DNA from: Candidatus Poribacteria bacterium
GTDB lineage: Bacteria > Poribacteria > WGA-4E > PCPOR2b
Direction of reading: 5' to 3'
Assembly (NCBI GenBank): GCA_965198175.1
Contig: OZ240245.1
Location: 3,456,001-3,520,000, forward strand
DNA length: 64,000 nucleotides
The position numbers and the translations under genes were made by a program. Below, piece by piece: positions 1-9,408 of this stretch; position 1 is the first letter of the stretch, and each line of letters opens with the position of its first letter. Under the pieces are notes generated by a model. It did no database searches, was not told the DNA's origin, and worked only from the letters and a program-made list of their open reading frames with translations.

Positions 1-131
1 ATGAGGAGTACCTGCAAAATGCTGCTTTTGCCCGAGCTATTCGCACCAAAGAATCCAGTCAAGGGTGCGAACTGCAGCGCACCGGTATCTTTCCATGACT
101 TGAAATTTTGGGCTCTGAGTTCGGTAATCAT
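1..131 (-). CDS. AAA/ABC-type ATPase (AAA_15/DUF3696-like), N-terminal part, truncated by the window edge
   Basis: Manual translation MITELRAQNFKSWKDTGALQFAPLTGFFGANSSGKSSILQVLL, with NFKS and Walker A GANSSGKS; AGAGGA RBS upstream. Confidence 0.8.
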   Translation of the reverse strand, partial: MITELRAQNFKSWKDTGALQFAPLTGFFGANSSGKSSILQVLL

Positions 132-195
132 AACTTATTCCTCTCTTTCACAAAGAGATTGAAGAATACAAGCCAACACGCGCCGATGATAAAGC

Positions 196-343
196 GTTGG
201 GTTTCACTACTACAACCTCCCCTAACCCCTCCTTGGTAAGGAGGGGGATAAGCAGGAAAATTCTCCCCTTTGCTAAGGGGGAGCGAGAGGGGGTCAGAGT
301 TTTCCCAACAACCTCCCCTAGCCCCTCCTTAGCATGGAGGGGA
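196..343. repeat. Cluster of REP-like palindromes CCCCTCCTT-N3-AAGGAGGGG
   Basis: Copies at 226-246 and 322-342, with an inverted-type copy at about 263-295; same family as 1111-1415. Confidence 0.85.
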
Positions 344-454
344 ATGAAGCATAAGAATATCGGCAAGGTACGCTAACCGTGGCAGAAGCATCTAAACCTT
401 TCGCTCGCTTGATCTATTCGCTCAGTTGATCCTATTCGGTTGCTTCATGCGGAA

Positions 455-540
455 ATCGGGAAAAGGATTTCCCTCCTACAGGTCTCAGATTGTGCAGTTC
501 TTGTGGGTTGGGTTTCACCGCTGGCTTTACCCAATCTACA
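455..540. repeat. GTAG/CTAC-type REP-like elements
   Basis: 455-480 reads TGTAGGAGGGAAATCCTTTTCCCGAT on the minus strand (compare 4896-4948); 502-540 is the hairpin TGTGGGTTGGGT...ACCCAATCTACA. Confidence 0.65.
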
Positions 541-658
541 AGTACAATTTTTTCACGAAAAAATTACATCAAATTACATCGATGTAATTTTAGGATCGCT
601 GAATGTCAGTCCCAGAGCGGATTTGGCGAATTACATTTTACATCAATTTATTTTTTCA

Positions 659-900
659 TGCCGCGGTGCGAGAACAAAACAACCCCACAGCGGCAGCATT
701 TGGCAGAAGCTGCGACACTTCTGCGGCGAAGGATTCGGACCTTTCGCCATCGTGTAAGCTACCTCTATGGGGTTTTCGCCTACAAGGTGTTTATTTGATT
801 AAATGCGGCTCACAGGTAAATCAGCGTCGAGTCGCCCGTGATTCGAGCCTCACGTCTGCGTCAAATTAGGTTGATGACGGACTCGCTGATCGATTGGTTA
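659..900 (-). ncRNA. Candidate structured non-coding RNA of unknown family
   Basis: Four consecutive hairpins plus a multibranch domain and a possible pseudoknot; G-U pairs form on the minus strand; consensus-like promoter immediately upstream; no credible ORF. Confidence 0.55.
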
Positions 901-921
901 ATAGAAATCTTACACTACAGT

Positions 922-950
922 ATAATACGCCATGACAGCAGGGGTGTCAA
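922..950 (-). promoter_or_regulatory. sigma70-type promoter
   Basis: TTGACA-N17-TATTAT on the minus strand. Confidence 0.65.
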
Positions 951-1110
951 GGGTTTTAGAAAGCGAAACGCGAATAAGATGCAAGGTAAAGTTGACACAG
1001 AAAGCCTTTATGGGAAAAACTGCAGATTTGGTTGATTTCCATGCAAAACCTGCAGAAATTTTACGATTCATGTTTGCTCCGTTTTTTCGCAAAAGTGTTG
1101 GGTTTCCCTA

Positions 1111-1415
1111 CTACAACCTCCCCCAACCCCTCCTTAGTAAGGAGGGGAATGAGTAATGTTAGAACCGACAAGGCACGACCGCTGTGGGAAGGGCGTCTTA
1201 GACTATCGCCCTCGCTACTCGTTCGGTTGATCGCTCAACCCTACCTACGACCTCCCCTAACCCCTCCTTAGTAAGGAGGGGAATGAGTAATGTTAGAACC
1301 GACAAGGCACGACCGCTGTGGGAAGGCGTCTAAAAGTATCGCACTCACTATTCGTTCGGTTGATCGTTCAACCCAACCTACGACCTCCCCTAGCCCCTGC
1401 TTAGTAAAGAGGGGA
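1111..1415. repeat. Tandem repeat of about 134 bp (2 units plus a partial third) built on the CCCCTCCTTAGTAAGGAGGGG palindrome
   Basis: Units start at 1111, 1245 and 1378 and are nearly identical. Confidence 0.9.
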
Positions 1416-1434
1416 TGTTTGTTCTCCGTGGGTG

Positions 1435-2760
1435 CTAGAAGACCGCTGAACGCTTCGCCGCTTGGGCTTTTTCCACATCAACGAACCAGAGCAAAATCAG
1501 ACCGACAATAAAGAAGATCATCAATGAGATGATAGACAGCCGCGCCGTTCCTGTAATCTGTCGGATGACGCTAAACACCAGAGGTCCCCAGATTGCGGAG
1601 AACTTACTAAACACAGAGTAGAACCCGTAAAACTCCGCGCTGGCTTGCTCTGGGATCATTGAACCGTAGAGCGAACGGCTGAGCGCTTGCGACCCGCCAA
1701 GAACGATTCCGACAATCGCGCCGAGGATAAAGAATTCAGTCGTTGTCTGTAGGAAATAAGCATAGGTAACAACGCAACTCCATAGAACTAAAGAGAGCAT
1801 TACAGCACGTTTGGTTCCAATTTTATCAGCCAGTTTGCCAAATAGCAATGCGCCACCCGATCCAATAATCTGGATAATCAGCAAGGTCACCATCAAAACG
1901 GTTGTCGAAAACTTCAATTCTTCCGTTCCATAAATCGTCGCCATGCTGATGACCGTCTGGATGCCGTCGTTATAGATCATGAAGGCAATCAGAAATAGCA
2001 ACAGATGCTTGAAGCGTCGGACCTTCCTCAATGTCCCTAAGGTCCTGCTGACACCGATCGAGAAATAGGCAAACAGCTTGGGCGTGGATTGATACCGTTC
2101 GGGTATCGATTCTGAGGCGCCGCCCTCTTTCTCTTTTAAGTGTACTAACGTGAACAGCGTGAAACCCGCCCACCAGAGGCCCGCCATGGCGATTCCGATA
2201 CGGGCAGCCAGCGATTGACTGATACCAATGGAACCGTGTCCGGCGACAAGCGCCAACGCGATTGCAAATTGTAGCCCTCCGCCGACGTACCCGTAGGAGA
2301 ACCCTTTGCCCGAGACCCAATCCATCTTATCTTCAGATGAAATCTGGGGAAGAAACGCATCGTAGAAGACGTTAGCCCCCACATACCCAATCTGTGAAAT
2401 GAGGAAGAAGATGACGGTCATCCAGACATCTCCGGTACCACAGAAATAGAGGAGCATCGCAGCGAGGCTGCCTGTGTAGGCGAAGGACATCAAGAACTTC
2501 TTCTTCGCCGAAGAGAAGTCCGATATAGCGCCAAGCACCGGGGCGAACAGAAATACAGAGAACGCAGCGAAACTGACCATCGCTCCCCACAATACGGACG
2601 CGCTGACGACCGTGTCTCCGATTTGGACACCGCCTTCACCCACAATCGCCAGGACAAAGTAGTTTGGTAGAAGCGCTGCGACCACCGTCGTGACGTAGGC
2701 GGAATTCGCCCAGTCGTACATGCACCAGCCGAAAATTGTCTTTTTGTCGTTTTTCGTCAT
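1435..2760 (-). CDS. MFS transporter, UMF1/ATG22 family
   Basis: GWCMYDWANSAY N-terminal signature, about 12 TM segments; start reassigned to MTKNDKK. Confidence 0.9.
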   Translation of the reverse strand: MTKNDKKTIFGWCMYDWANSAYVTTVVAALLPNYFVLAIVGEGGVQIGDTVVSASVLWGAMVSFAAFSVFLFAPVLGAISDFSSAKKKFLMSFAYTGSLAAMLLYFCGTGDVWMTVIFFLISQIGYVGANVFYDAFLPQISSEDKMDWVSGKGFSYGYVGGGLQFAIALALVAGHGSIGISQSLAARIGIAMAGLWWAGFTLFTLVHLKEKEGGASESIPERYQSTPKLFAYFSIGVSRTLGTLRKVRRFKHLLLFLIAFMIYNDGIQTVISMATIYGTEELKFSTTVLMVTLLIIQIIGSGGALLFGKLADKIGTKRAVMLSLVLWSCVVTYAYFLQTTTEFFILGAIVGIVLGGSQALSRSLYGSMIPEQASAEFYGFYSVFSKFSAIWGPLVFSVIRQITGTARLSIISLMIFFIVGLILLWFVDVEKAQAAKRSAVF

Positions 2761-2812
2761 AACCTTGTTTGAGGTGGAAATCGAAATGATACGTGGGTGA
2801 ATAGATGTCCCC

Positions 2813-3568
2813 TTAACCGCCGGCACTCGCGGGTTGCCTTGTGTCCCCCACGTTGCGTTTCTTCCAATCGCTGATTAAGAACGGTGAGTAGACGGCGAAG
2901 AACAGTGCCAGTGCGAGACCATCCAAAATCGGTATATACCACGGCCAAGGCACGAAGAGCGGAGACTCTGGGTTGAACACCGGAAATTTCGTCTTTGGTG
3001 GTGCACAAAGGAACATGTAGTTGGCTGACAGCAACTGATTAACGCCGCCGATAACGACTGCGAGGAGATTGATTACAAGGAATGCACGGAATAAGGACTT
3101 TAGCGTTGGCCGCATCTGCATCCCAAGCGTGGAAAACAGAACTCCAGCGACGATACCGCCGTGAGCCACAAAATATTGGAACGCACGATACTGCGGAAAA
3201 CCGACCTCAAGCTGAGGGGTGAGTATCGCGTTGAATGAGCCCACCAGACCCCAGAAATAGGCGAACTCGTAGAGGATCTGGACCCGAAAGAGGAGTGCAG
3301 CGGCAGTTGCGAATGTTGACAGCCCGCAGATGTGGAGCGGGAGGTAGTTCTGCAGAAACAGGTGAGACTCACCCCTGATCAGTCGATAGCCCCAATGCCC
3401 GAATTCATTGCCGAGTATAAGTGCTCCTAGTAGGTAACGGACAGCTCGCGTGATTTTTGGCGAATCCGCCCTCCGGACCAACGCGGATAGCACGAGGGGA
3501 ATAACAATCGTTAGTATCAGAACGATGATGTGGTGAATGCTGAGAAACTGAAATTCGGGTTGTGCCAT
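2813..3568 (-). CDS. TIGR02206/YwaF-family integral membrane protein
   Basis: LPLHICG, YFWG, ANYMFL and PWPWY motifs. Confidence 0.85.
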   Translation of the reverse strand: MAQPEFQFLSIHHIIVLILTIVIPLVLSALVRRADSPKITRAVRYLLGALILGNEFGHWGYRLIRGESHLFLQNYLPLHICGLSTFATAAALLFRVQILYEFAYFWGLVGSFNAILTPQLEVGFPQYRAFQYFVAHGGIVAGVLFSTLGMQMRPTLKSLFRAFLVINLLAVVIGGVNQLLSANYMFLCAPPKTKFPVFNPESPLFVPWPWYIPILDGLALALFFAVYSPFLISDWKKRNVGDTRQPASAGG

Positions 3569-3730
3569 TGCGGTTTCTACACGCTCAATACCTGCCGGTT
3601 TTCGTAAGATTCAAGTGACAAACGCCACCAGGAGAACGTCTCCGTGGGAATCAACCTCGGAAACGAAGCGCACTCCCGATCGTCACGTCTAATCGCCTTA
3701 ATTATAACACAATTTGTTTCGGTTGACAAA

Positions 3731-3762
3731 GTAGCATACCGCTCCGCTGGAGCGCGGTATGC
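3731..3762. repeat. GTAG-prefixed REP-like palindrome
   Basis: GTAGCATACCGC-TCCGCTGGAGC-GCGGTATGC, 9-bp perfect stem. Confidence 0.6.
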
Positions 3763-3861
3763 GGATACTTGCGATAGATCGCTGTTTCCAGGAAAGCATG
3801 ATACGCTCGCATAGAGATGCGGGTAACAGTAAGACTTGCAAGGGGGAGAACATGTAATTAG

Positions 3862-4701
3862 TCAATTCGACCAGAGGCGGGAGTCTTTGATGAGATTGGA
3901 AGCCCACTGAATAACACCGTCATCTGTATGGATGACAAACTCTTGCCCACGACTTCTCGACTGAAAATAATCTTCCTTCCACACCTCCTCTTTATTTGGG
4001 TGGTATGAAATTGTCAAGTGCCGGAATATTTTCGGGTCGAGATTCCAGTGGCTTATTAGTCGCGCCCCTTTCTTTGTTAGCCGGTGCCGTTCATCATCAA
4101 ACTGAAAGACACCGCCACCGGGGTAAATCGGGTGTAGACTTAGCTTTGGCTTGGCAACATAGATTGTATTGTTAATGTGTTTCGTGTGAGCGGGCATCGT
4201 ATGAGGATGATCATGTAACCAACTTGGAAATTCAGCATCCTCGTTGGCGCAAATCCTTTTACCAATCTCCAAATAACCGAATATGGCATGGAAGCCCATT
4301 TCATCGCCACAAAACTGTAATCGACCATCAACCTCGACAGTATGACAAAACCAGCCGAAAAACAGAAATAGATCGCCTTCAGAGACCTCCTGATTTCGTA
4401 GATGCCCTCCTGCCTTGTCGTTCTGACCAAACGCTGGGAGCCAGCCCGCCCTGCGCGGTCGTACACTAACCACCAGATCCGGATCCAGGTGAGCCCCTTT
4501 GCTGCCAATGTAAGCTCTGGCGCCAAGTTCCTCAATAATCTGGCAGTAGTTCTTGCCCCGAGGCGCGCAAATTTCATGATATGCCAAGTTGTCTGATAAT
4601 AATGGAATCGGCAGGCTAAGCATTCTGCCATCCGGCAAAATGGGGCTCGGATGCCCGCCGTTTTCACTATCAAACCCTTTTCGGCTCAGAATAATTTTCA
4701 C
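3862..4701 (-). CDS. Nucleotide modification associated domain 3 (Nmad3)-like protein
   Basis: MKIILSRKGFDS..GG.PSPI.PDG.MLSLPIP, HLDPD, AFGQ, GDLFLFFGWF, HPH and RGQEFV; GTG start with GGAGG RBS. Confidence 0.75.
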   Translation of the reverse strand: MKIILSRKGFDSENGGHPSPILPDGRMLSLPIPLLSDNLAYHEICAPRGKNYCQIIEELGARAYIGSKGAHLDPDLVVSVRPRRAGWLPAFGQNDKAGGHLRNQEVSEGDLFLFFGWFCHTVEVDGRLQFCGDEMGFHAIFGYLEIGKRICANEDAEFPSWLHDHPHTMPAHTKHINNTIYVAKPKLSLHPIYPGGGVFQFDDERHRLTKKGARLISHWNLDPKIFRHLTISYHPNKEEVWKEDYFQSRSRGQEFVIHTDDGVIQWASNLIKDSRLWSN

Positions 4702-4895
4702 GGTGCTACCTCCAATTTCATGATTTTGGGACAGAAACCGAGTTGTCGAGAAAGATCTCGGTTTCTATGCGCGTTTTGCAGGCTTGGGGAAATCCAAACG
4801 TTATGGATGCGCTTCTCATTATAGCACAGCACCTCAACCGGCGAAGCCAAGAAAATGACTCACCAGCACAACGTCAGATAAGCACTGACGCGAAC

Positions 4896-4948
4896 TGTAG
4901 GAGGCGCTTCCTAGCCCCGATGGTCGGGACAGGGGCGTCTCGGCTACA
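4896..4948. repeat. GTAG...CTAC REP doublet hairpin
   Basis: TGTAGGAGGCGCTTCCTAGCCCCGA-TGG-TCGGGACAGGGGCGTCTCGGCTACA. Confidence 0.7.
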
Positions 4949-5184
4949 ATAGGTAACGGCAGATTTTGCGGTTGACGAAGATTAGAAATCTTGCTACACT
5001 TGGTCGATGTAGGGCTGCGATATTCTGAACACAATCCACCAGTTTGATTTCCAGGGCACCCGCCCGCCACGTATTTGCGCATAGTTCTTCGCAAAGATGA
5101 GATAATTTGTGGACAAAGCTTCCGCAATCGAAAACTGCCAGCCAGATGGGATCCGCCTGAGAGTGTTCGGCATCGGGCTTATTT

Positions 5185-6201
5185 TGGCGCAATCTCTATT
5201 TTGACGAACAAGCACAAGGGGCGTGGATCGCTTTGGGGGGTTTGGCGCTGTGGGTGGGGCGCAAACACTTCAGGCGGGTATTCGTGCAAGCGTTCAAGGG
5301 AAAGGGGAACATTGATGAGTCTAAAGAGCCGATGTCGTATCGGACCGCGCTTTTGGGCATCGTTGCAGGGGTGATTTTCCTTCTCTCGTTCGCCGACAAA
5401 GCCGGTTTTTCTTCGTGGGTCCTGCTACTCTTTTTGGCGTTATTCTGCTGTAGCGCGATCGGTGTGACCAAGATGCGGAGCGGACTTGGATTGCCTGTGC
5501 ATGAATTGCTGTGGGTAGACCCCGCGCGAACGATGGTGACCTCAATCGGAACACGCGCCTACGGTCCACGAAACTTGACGATTCTCAGCTTCCTGTATTC
5601 GTTGAATCGAGATCAAGCCGCCCATCCGATGCCGAATCAGTTCGAGGTCTTTCGGATTGGCGAGCAAGCCAACATCAATACGCGAAAACTGGTCTGGGCG
5701 ATGCTAATCACTCTCCTGCTCGCGATACCGGTGACCTTTGTGATATTCCTCATCATCTTATATCAGTATGGCGCGGATAACATGGCGCCGTGGCTCATCA
5801 ATATCGGGCGAGAAAGCTTTGCACGGCGACTCCAACTGTGGTTAACGTCCCCAACGGGTCCCGATTACGTGACGATGGGCTTTATGGGACTCGGCGTGAC
5901 CATTACCGGCTTCTTCCTAGCGATGAAAATGCGCTTTCTCTGGTGGCCCTTTCATCCGGTCGGTTACGTGCTGGGGGTCAGTCCGGCAGAGATGGTCTAT
6001 ATCTGGGTGCCGGTGCTGATCAGTTGGTGTCTGAAATTCGCTATCCTCCGATATGGCGGGCTTCGGGCGTATCGCCGAGCGCTCCCGTTCTTTGCAGGCT
6101 TGATGCTAGGGGACTATACGCTCGGCTGCATCTGGAGCATTATCAGCGCCGTGTTCAAAATAACGGTGTACAACATGGGCTGGCACCCCGTGTTGAGTTG
6201 A
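5185..6201 (+). pseudogene. 5'-truncated DUF6785/DUF6784-type multi-pass membrane protein (C-terminal half)
   Basis: Frame reads WRNLYFDEQAQGAWIALGGLALWVGRKH...WWPFHPVGY...RYGGLRAYRRALPFFAGL; in-frame TGA at 5158-5160; no clear start or RBS. Confidence 0.65.
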
Positions 6202-6214
6202 TGATCGTTCCGAG

Positions 6215-8800
6215 TCATTCCCCGAAAGTGCTTGATTCATAGTGCGCTCGCGGTTCAGGAAATTCTACCAACACATCCCCTCCCCACTTCAGGAACTGCC
6301 CGTTGATGATCGTTACCCGCTGAGGTTGTCCCTTACCATCAAGGCGTAAGAAGAGATATTCGCCGGCAAACTCCACATCGGTCGTGGACATCACCGCGAA
6401 GCCGTCGTCCGAGATGAGGACGAGATCGATGGTTTGACAGTGCGTAACCGTGAATCCCGTTGCCAGTACATCAGGATGGCTAACCACTTCAATCGGGTGA
6501 AGTTCTGGAACCGCCCGCACGCCCGGACGAAGCGGAAACAGGACTGTGTTCATCACCGTTGGCAATGTGCGTTTCACCACGAAAGTCAGATTACAGGGAG
6601 GGAATTCATTGTGGGATACCGTCCCCCCAACAACCGCATCAGTATCGGCACAGTGCAATCGAACTTCTAGATCCCCGGCGTCCACCGGAGCAATCACCAG
6701 ATTGCTTAAGTTTGGCTCGACGGTGCGCACGACGTTGTTGTCGCGGACCTCTACGAAATCGCTTGACACGGACGCGAGGTGGAAAATCTGTTCGAGGCTA
6801 TGCTCACCGTCGCCGAGGACTAAATCGTGGAGGATAAAATATTCACCATCCGCAGAAATGGATTTGTGGGCATCGGCTACCGTATCCGCGGAAGCTGAAC
6901 GATCGCACGCCACGTTGGACGCTTGTGCGTTCCCTTTAGCGTAGAAGATTGATCGCTTGTGCAAGAAATTAGGATTGCAGCCGGGCGAGTCTTTTTCCGC
7001 ATAGCCGTCTTTGTACCACGCCTCGACAAAGTCGAACGATGGCGTCGTTAGCCAATAGGTATCTGGGTTCGGGCCTCGCTCTTCATGACGCAAAGCGGGA
7101 CGATACTGCCCTATTCCGTCGATTATCACGGTGTTGTATTCACGACTCGGATGGAGTTCGTCCTCGGCGGCATCATGCGTCCGGAAGCCGCCAGCATCGA
7201 CAATCAGCGGTCGTCCGTAGGCATAGAGGAGGAAGTTAAGCTTATCTCCGTGCTGATGTGTTGAGCACAAACTGCCAGCGTCAAAGATGAGGTATTGGGC
7301 ATCCGCACGCCAATGATTTCGCATTACATAGAAACCCTTGTAAGGAAAGGCGTGTGAGGTCTCGTTCGGGGGTCTCCCCGCCGCTCCACTCGACGCCGTG
7401 TAAAGAAAATCCTCCCGATTGAAGACCGCATGAGCGACACCGCAGAGTTCACTCACACTGAAGCCCGCCGAGCCGCGTTGATCCCAACGTCGGGAATCCG
7501 GTCGGCTGAGATACATGAGAGCCTCGATCATTCCTTCGCATCGGCGATTGAAGTCTTCGGGCAGCCGATAGCCGCAGAGACGAGCGAGTTGATAAAAGCT
7601 GAACAAGCATGTAAGTGCGAGGTGGTGATCGGTATTCGAACCTTCAGCTTGGAGACTGTCGGGGAGGATGCGCACATCGTGAATCCATTTGTAACGCCGC
7701 AGGGCGAGTTTGAGAAACTGGTCTCTGTTCTGCCATTCTGGAAAAAGCAGAGCGGCGACGCCGATGCCGCTCGTTTCCACATGGAAGCCGGTGTCGTCGA
7801 GCCCTTGATAGGCGGAGAGGTAAAGTGCGCCCTCAAGGTAGGATTTCGCCATGTCGAAGGGCATCGCATTGCGGATTTCGGGAGAGGTCAGTCTGTCGAT
7901 GAGAAGCTGGGGGAATTCGAGCGCAGCCCGCCGTCCCGCCTCCCCTGTTCGCCACCCCTCCTCGTCAGGAACGTCGGGAACGGGAAACTGGTCAAACCAA
8001 GATTCCCACGAATCTATAATTCGAGGCAGTGGGCGAAAAAAACTAGACCAGTCCTTGGAGTTGAGGAACAAATGCTTCGCCGACGCGTAAGCGAATTTCG
8101 CTTCTTCAAGACATCCCTGCTCCCATTCGGATTTGACCGTTTCCAGACCGGGATGGCGCAGATCTAGGTGATTGAAGAACTCCTGATCGTTCAGCTTAAA
8201 ATATGTTCGCTTATTCCATCGCAGATTACGATGGAAGGTTGCGACGTATCGTTCTATCGCCTCAGCGAAGATGGGGAGGTCGAGCACAACCGCCAACTCA
8301 AACGCCGCATCAATGGTTTCAATCAGGTAAGATGGGAAGCCGTTGAGTTTGTCGATTGACTCCGCAATCCGCGCAAATCCGGCGAGTCGCCATGCGTTGC
8401 TCTGGGGAAGATTGTGGCAGAGGCTGCTGACGAGCGCCAAAGCTGCGCCTGCTTGGAGTCGTTCGCGGGGGTGGCGCGAATGGTGGTAGGTGTAGAGATA
8501 TTCTGCGTGTTCGAGGATAATCTGCGCTAGAACCTTCCAGCCGGCATCTGGTATCGTCGGTTCATGCGCTACAATCGCTAACGCCTCGGTAAGCCTTGCT
8601 GAGACAGGTTCGAGACGCCAGACCGGATTTCGATTCGCGTGTAAAAGGGGCGTCGGATTTTCCGTTGTAAATGTAATCAGTTCTTCGAAATCGGCGACGG
8701 GCTCGAAACGCTCGATTACGAGTATGTCTCTGCGGGCAAGTGTGTGCGCCAAACGTTCGACCGATTCCGCCGTAATTGTGGAATAGGTATCCGGTGCCAT
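6215..8800 (-). CDS. Heparinase II/III-family protein
   Basis: GFYVMRNHW..YLIFDAG..HQHGDKLNFLLYAYGRPLIVDAG, NTVIIDG, HKRSIFY. Confidence 0.8.
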   Translation of the reverse strand: MAPDTYSTITAESVERLAHTLARRDILVIERFEPVADFEELITFTTENPTPLLHANRNPVWRLEPVSARLTEALAIVAHEPTIPDAGWKVLAQIILEHAEYLYTYHHSRHPRERLQAGAALALVSSLCHNLPQSNAWRLAGFARIAESIDKLNGFPSYLIETIDAAFELAVVLDLPIFAEAIERYVATFHRNLRWNKRTYFKLNDQEFFNHLDLRHPGLETVKSEWEQGCLEEAKFAYASAKHLFLNSKDWSSFFRPLPRIIDSWESWFDQFPVPDVPDEEGWRTGEAGRRAALEFPQLLIDRLTSPEIRNAMPFDMAKSYLEGALYLSAYQGLDDTGFHVETSGIGVAALLFPEWQNRDQFLKLALRRYKWIHDVRILPDSLQAEGSNTDHHLALTCLFSFYQLARLCGYRLPEDFNRRCEGMIEALMYLSRPDSRRWDQRGSAGFSVSELCGVAHAVFNREDFLYTASSGAAGRPPNETSHAFPYKGFYVMRNHWRADAQYLIFDAGSLCSTHQHGDKLNFLLYAYGRPLIVDAGGFRTHDAAEDELHPSREYNTVIIDGIGQYRPALRHEERGPNPDTYWLTTPSFDFVEAWYKDGYAEKDSPGCNPNFLHKRSIFYAKGNAQASNVACDRSASADTVADAHKSISADGEYFILHDLVLGDGEHSLEQIFHLASVSSDFVEVRDNNVVRTVEPNLSNLVIAPVDAGDLEVRLHCADTDAVVGGTVSHNEFPPCNLTFVVKRTLPTVMNTVLFPLRPGVRAVPELHPIEVVSHPDVLATGFTVTHCQTIDLVLISDDGFAVMSTTDVEFAGEYLFLRLDGKGQPQRVTIINGQFLKWGGDVLVEFPEPRAHYESSTFGE

Positions 8801-8865
8801 AAAGTCATCGCGCTCAGAATCACCGCGTCGTCCTTCTGAGTTTGCGCTAGTCTATCCCGAAGCAT

Positions 8866-9408
8866 TTAGTGGTGGTGATCTTTTAAGCTGTGCGCTTTTC
8901 GGACCAGATCCGGATCTTTTGCAAATCTTTTCGTCGCATCAATCAGGCGATCGACGTGTGCTTGCACATCTTTTTCAATTTGGGAGACACGGCTTAGGAG
9001 AAAGGTTTGTTTCCCCTCATAGATTGCCTTTTTTATCGTAGCAAGCAGATCCACATAGATTCTGTCTGCTTCACTTCCTTCGATAGCAATCGCAATCTCA
9101 AACGCTTCGTTGAGGGTTATCGACTTTTCGTTTACTCGACGCTCGTGCTCTTCTAACGCCTGAACAATTCGCTGGATGGAGGTTTCGGGCAACCCTGTCG
9201 CCGGCGCATCTAGACCAAACGCGCGGGAACACAACGAACGCCCAAAATCGATTAGAATGTAGTGTTGCCACTCTTCCGCGCTCATGTTTTGCCAAAATCG
9301 GGCGACGCGCTCATCGACATCTCCCAACATGAGAGAGAGCGCCGCGTATAATTTTGCGTGCCTCAGTTCAATATCCTGCGATAAATCAAAGACCTCCCCT
9401 AACGTCAT
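8866..9408 (-). CDS. Ferritin/rubrerythrin-like protein
   Basis: Helical protein with E..H (EEWQH) and AIAIEGSE; start reassigned to the ATG behind GGAGAG. Confidence 0.65.
   Translation of the reverse strand: MTLGEVFDLSQDIELRHAKLYAALSLMLGDVDERVARFWQNMSAEEWQHYILIDFGRSLCSRAFGLDAPATGLPETSIQRIVQALEEHERRVNEKSITLNEAFEIAIAIEGSEADRIYVDLLATIKKAIYEGKQTFLLSRVSQIEKDVQAHVDRLIDATKRFAKDPDLVRKAHSLKDHHH

Noticed and set aside
659..900. tmRNA, RNase P, SRP or group II intron identity for the structured segment
   Set aside because: No tRNA-like ends or tag ORF, no GAGGAAAGTCC, no SRP loop and no domain V
1111..1415. CRISPR array
   Set aside because: The sequences between the palindromes are near-identical and about 110 bp long, and there are no cas genes; this is a tandem REP-type repeat
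148..1511. Short ORFs (for example 148-366, 440-757, 932-1156, 1032-1271)
   Set aside because: They are translations of palindromic repeats or of the structured non-coding segment, with no RBS or family motifs
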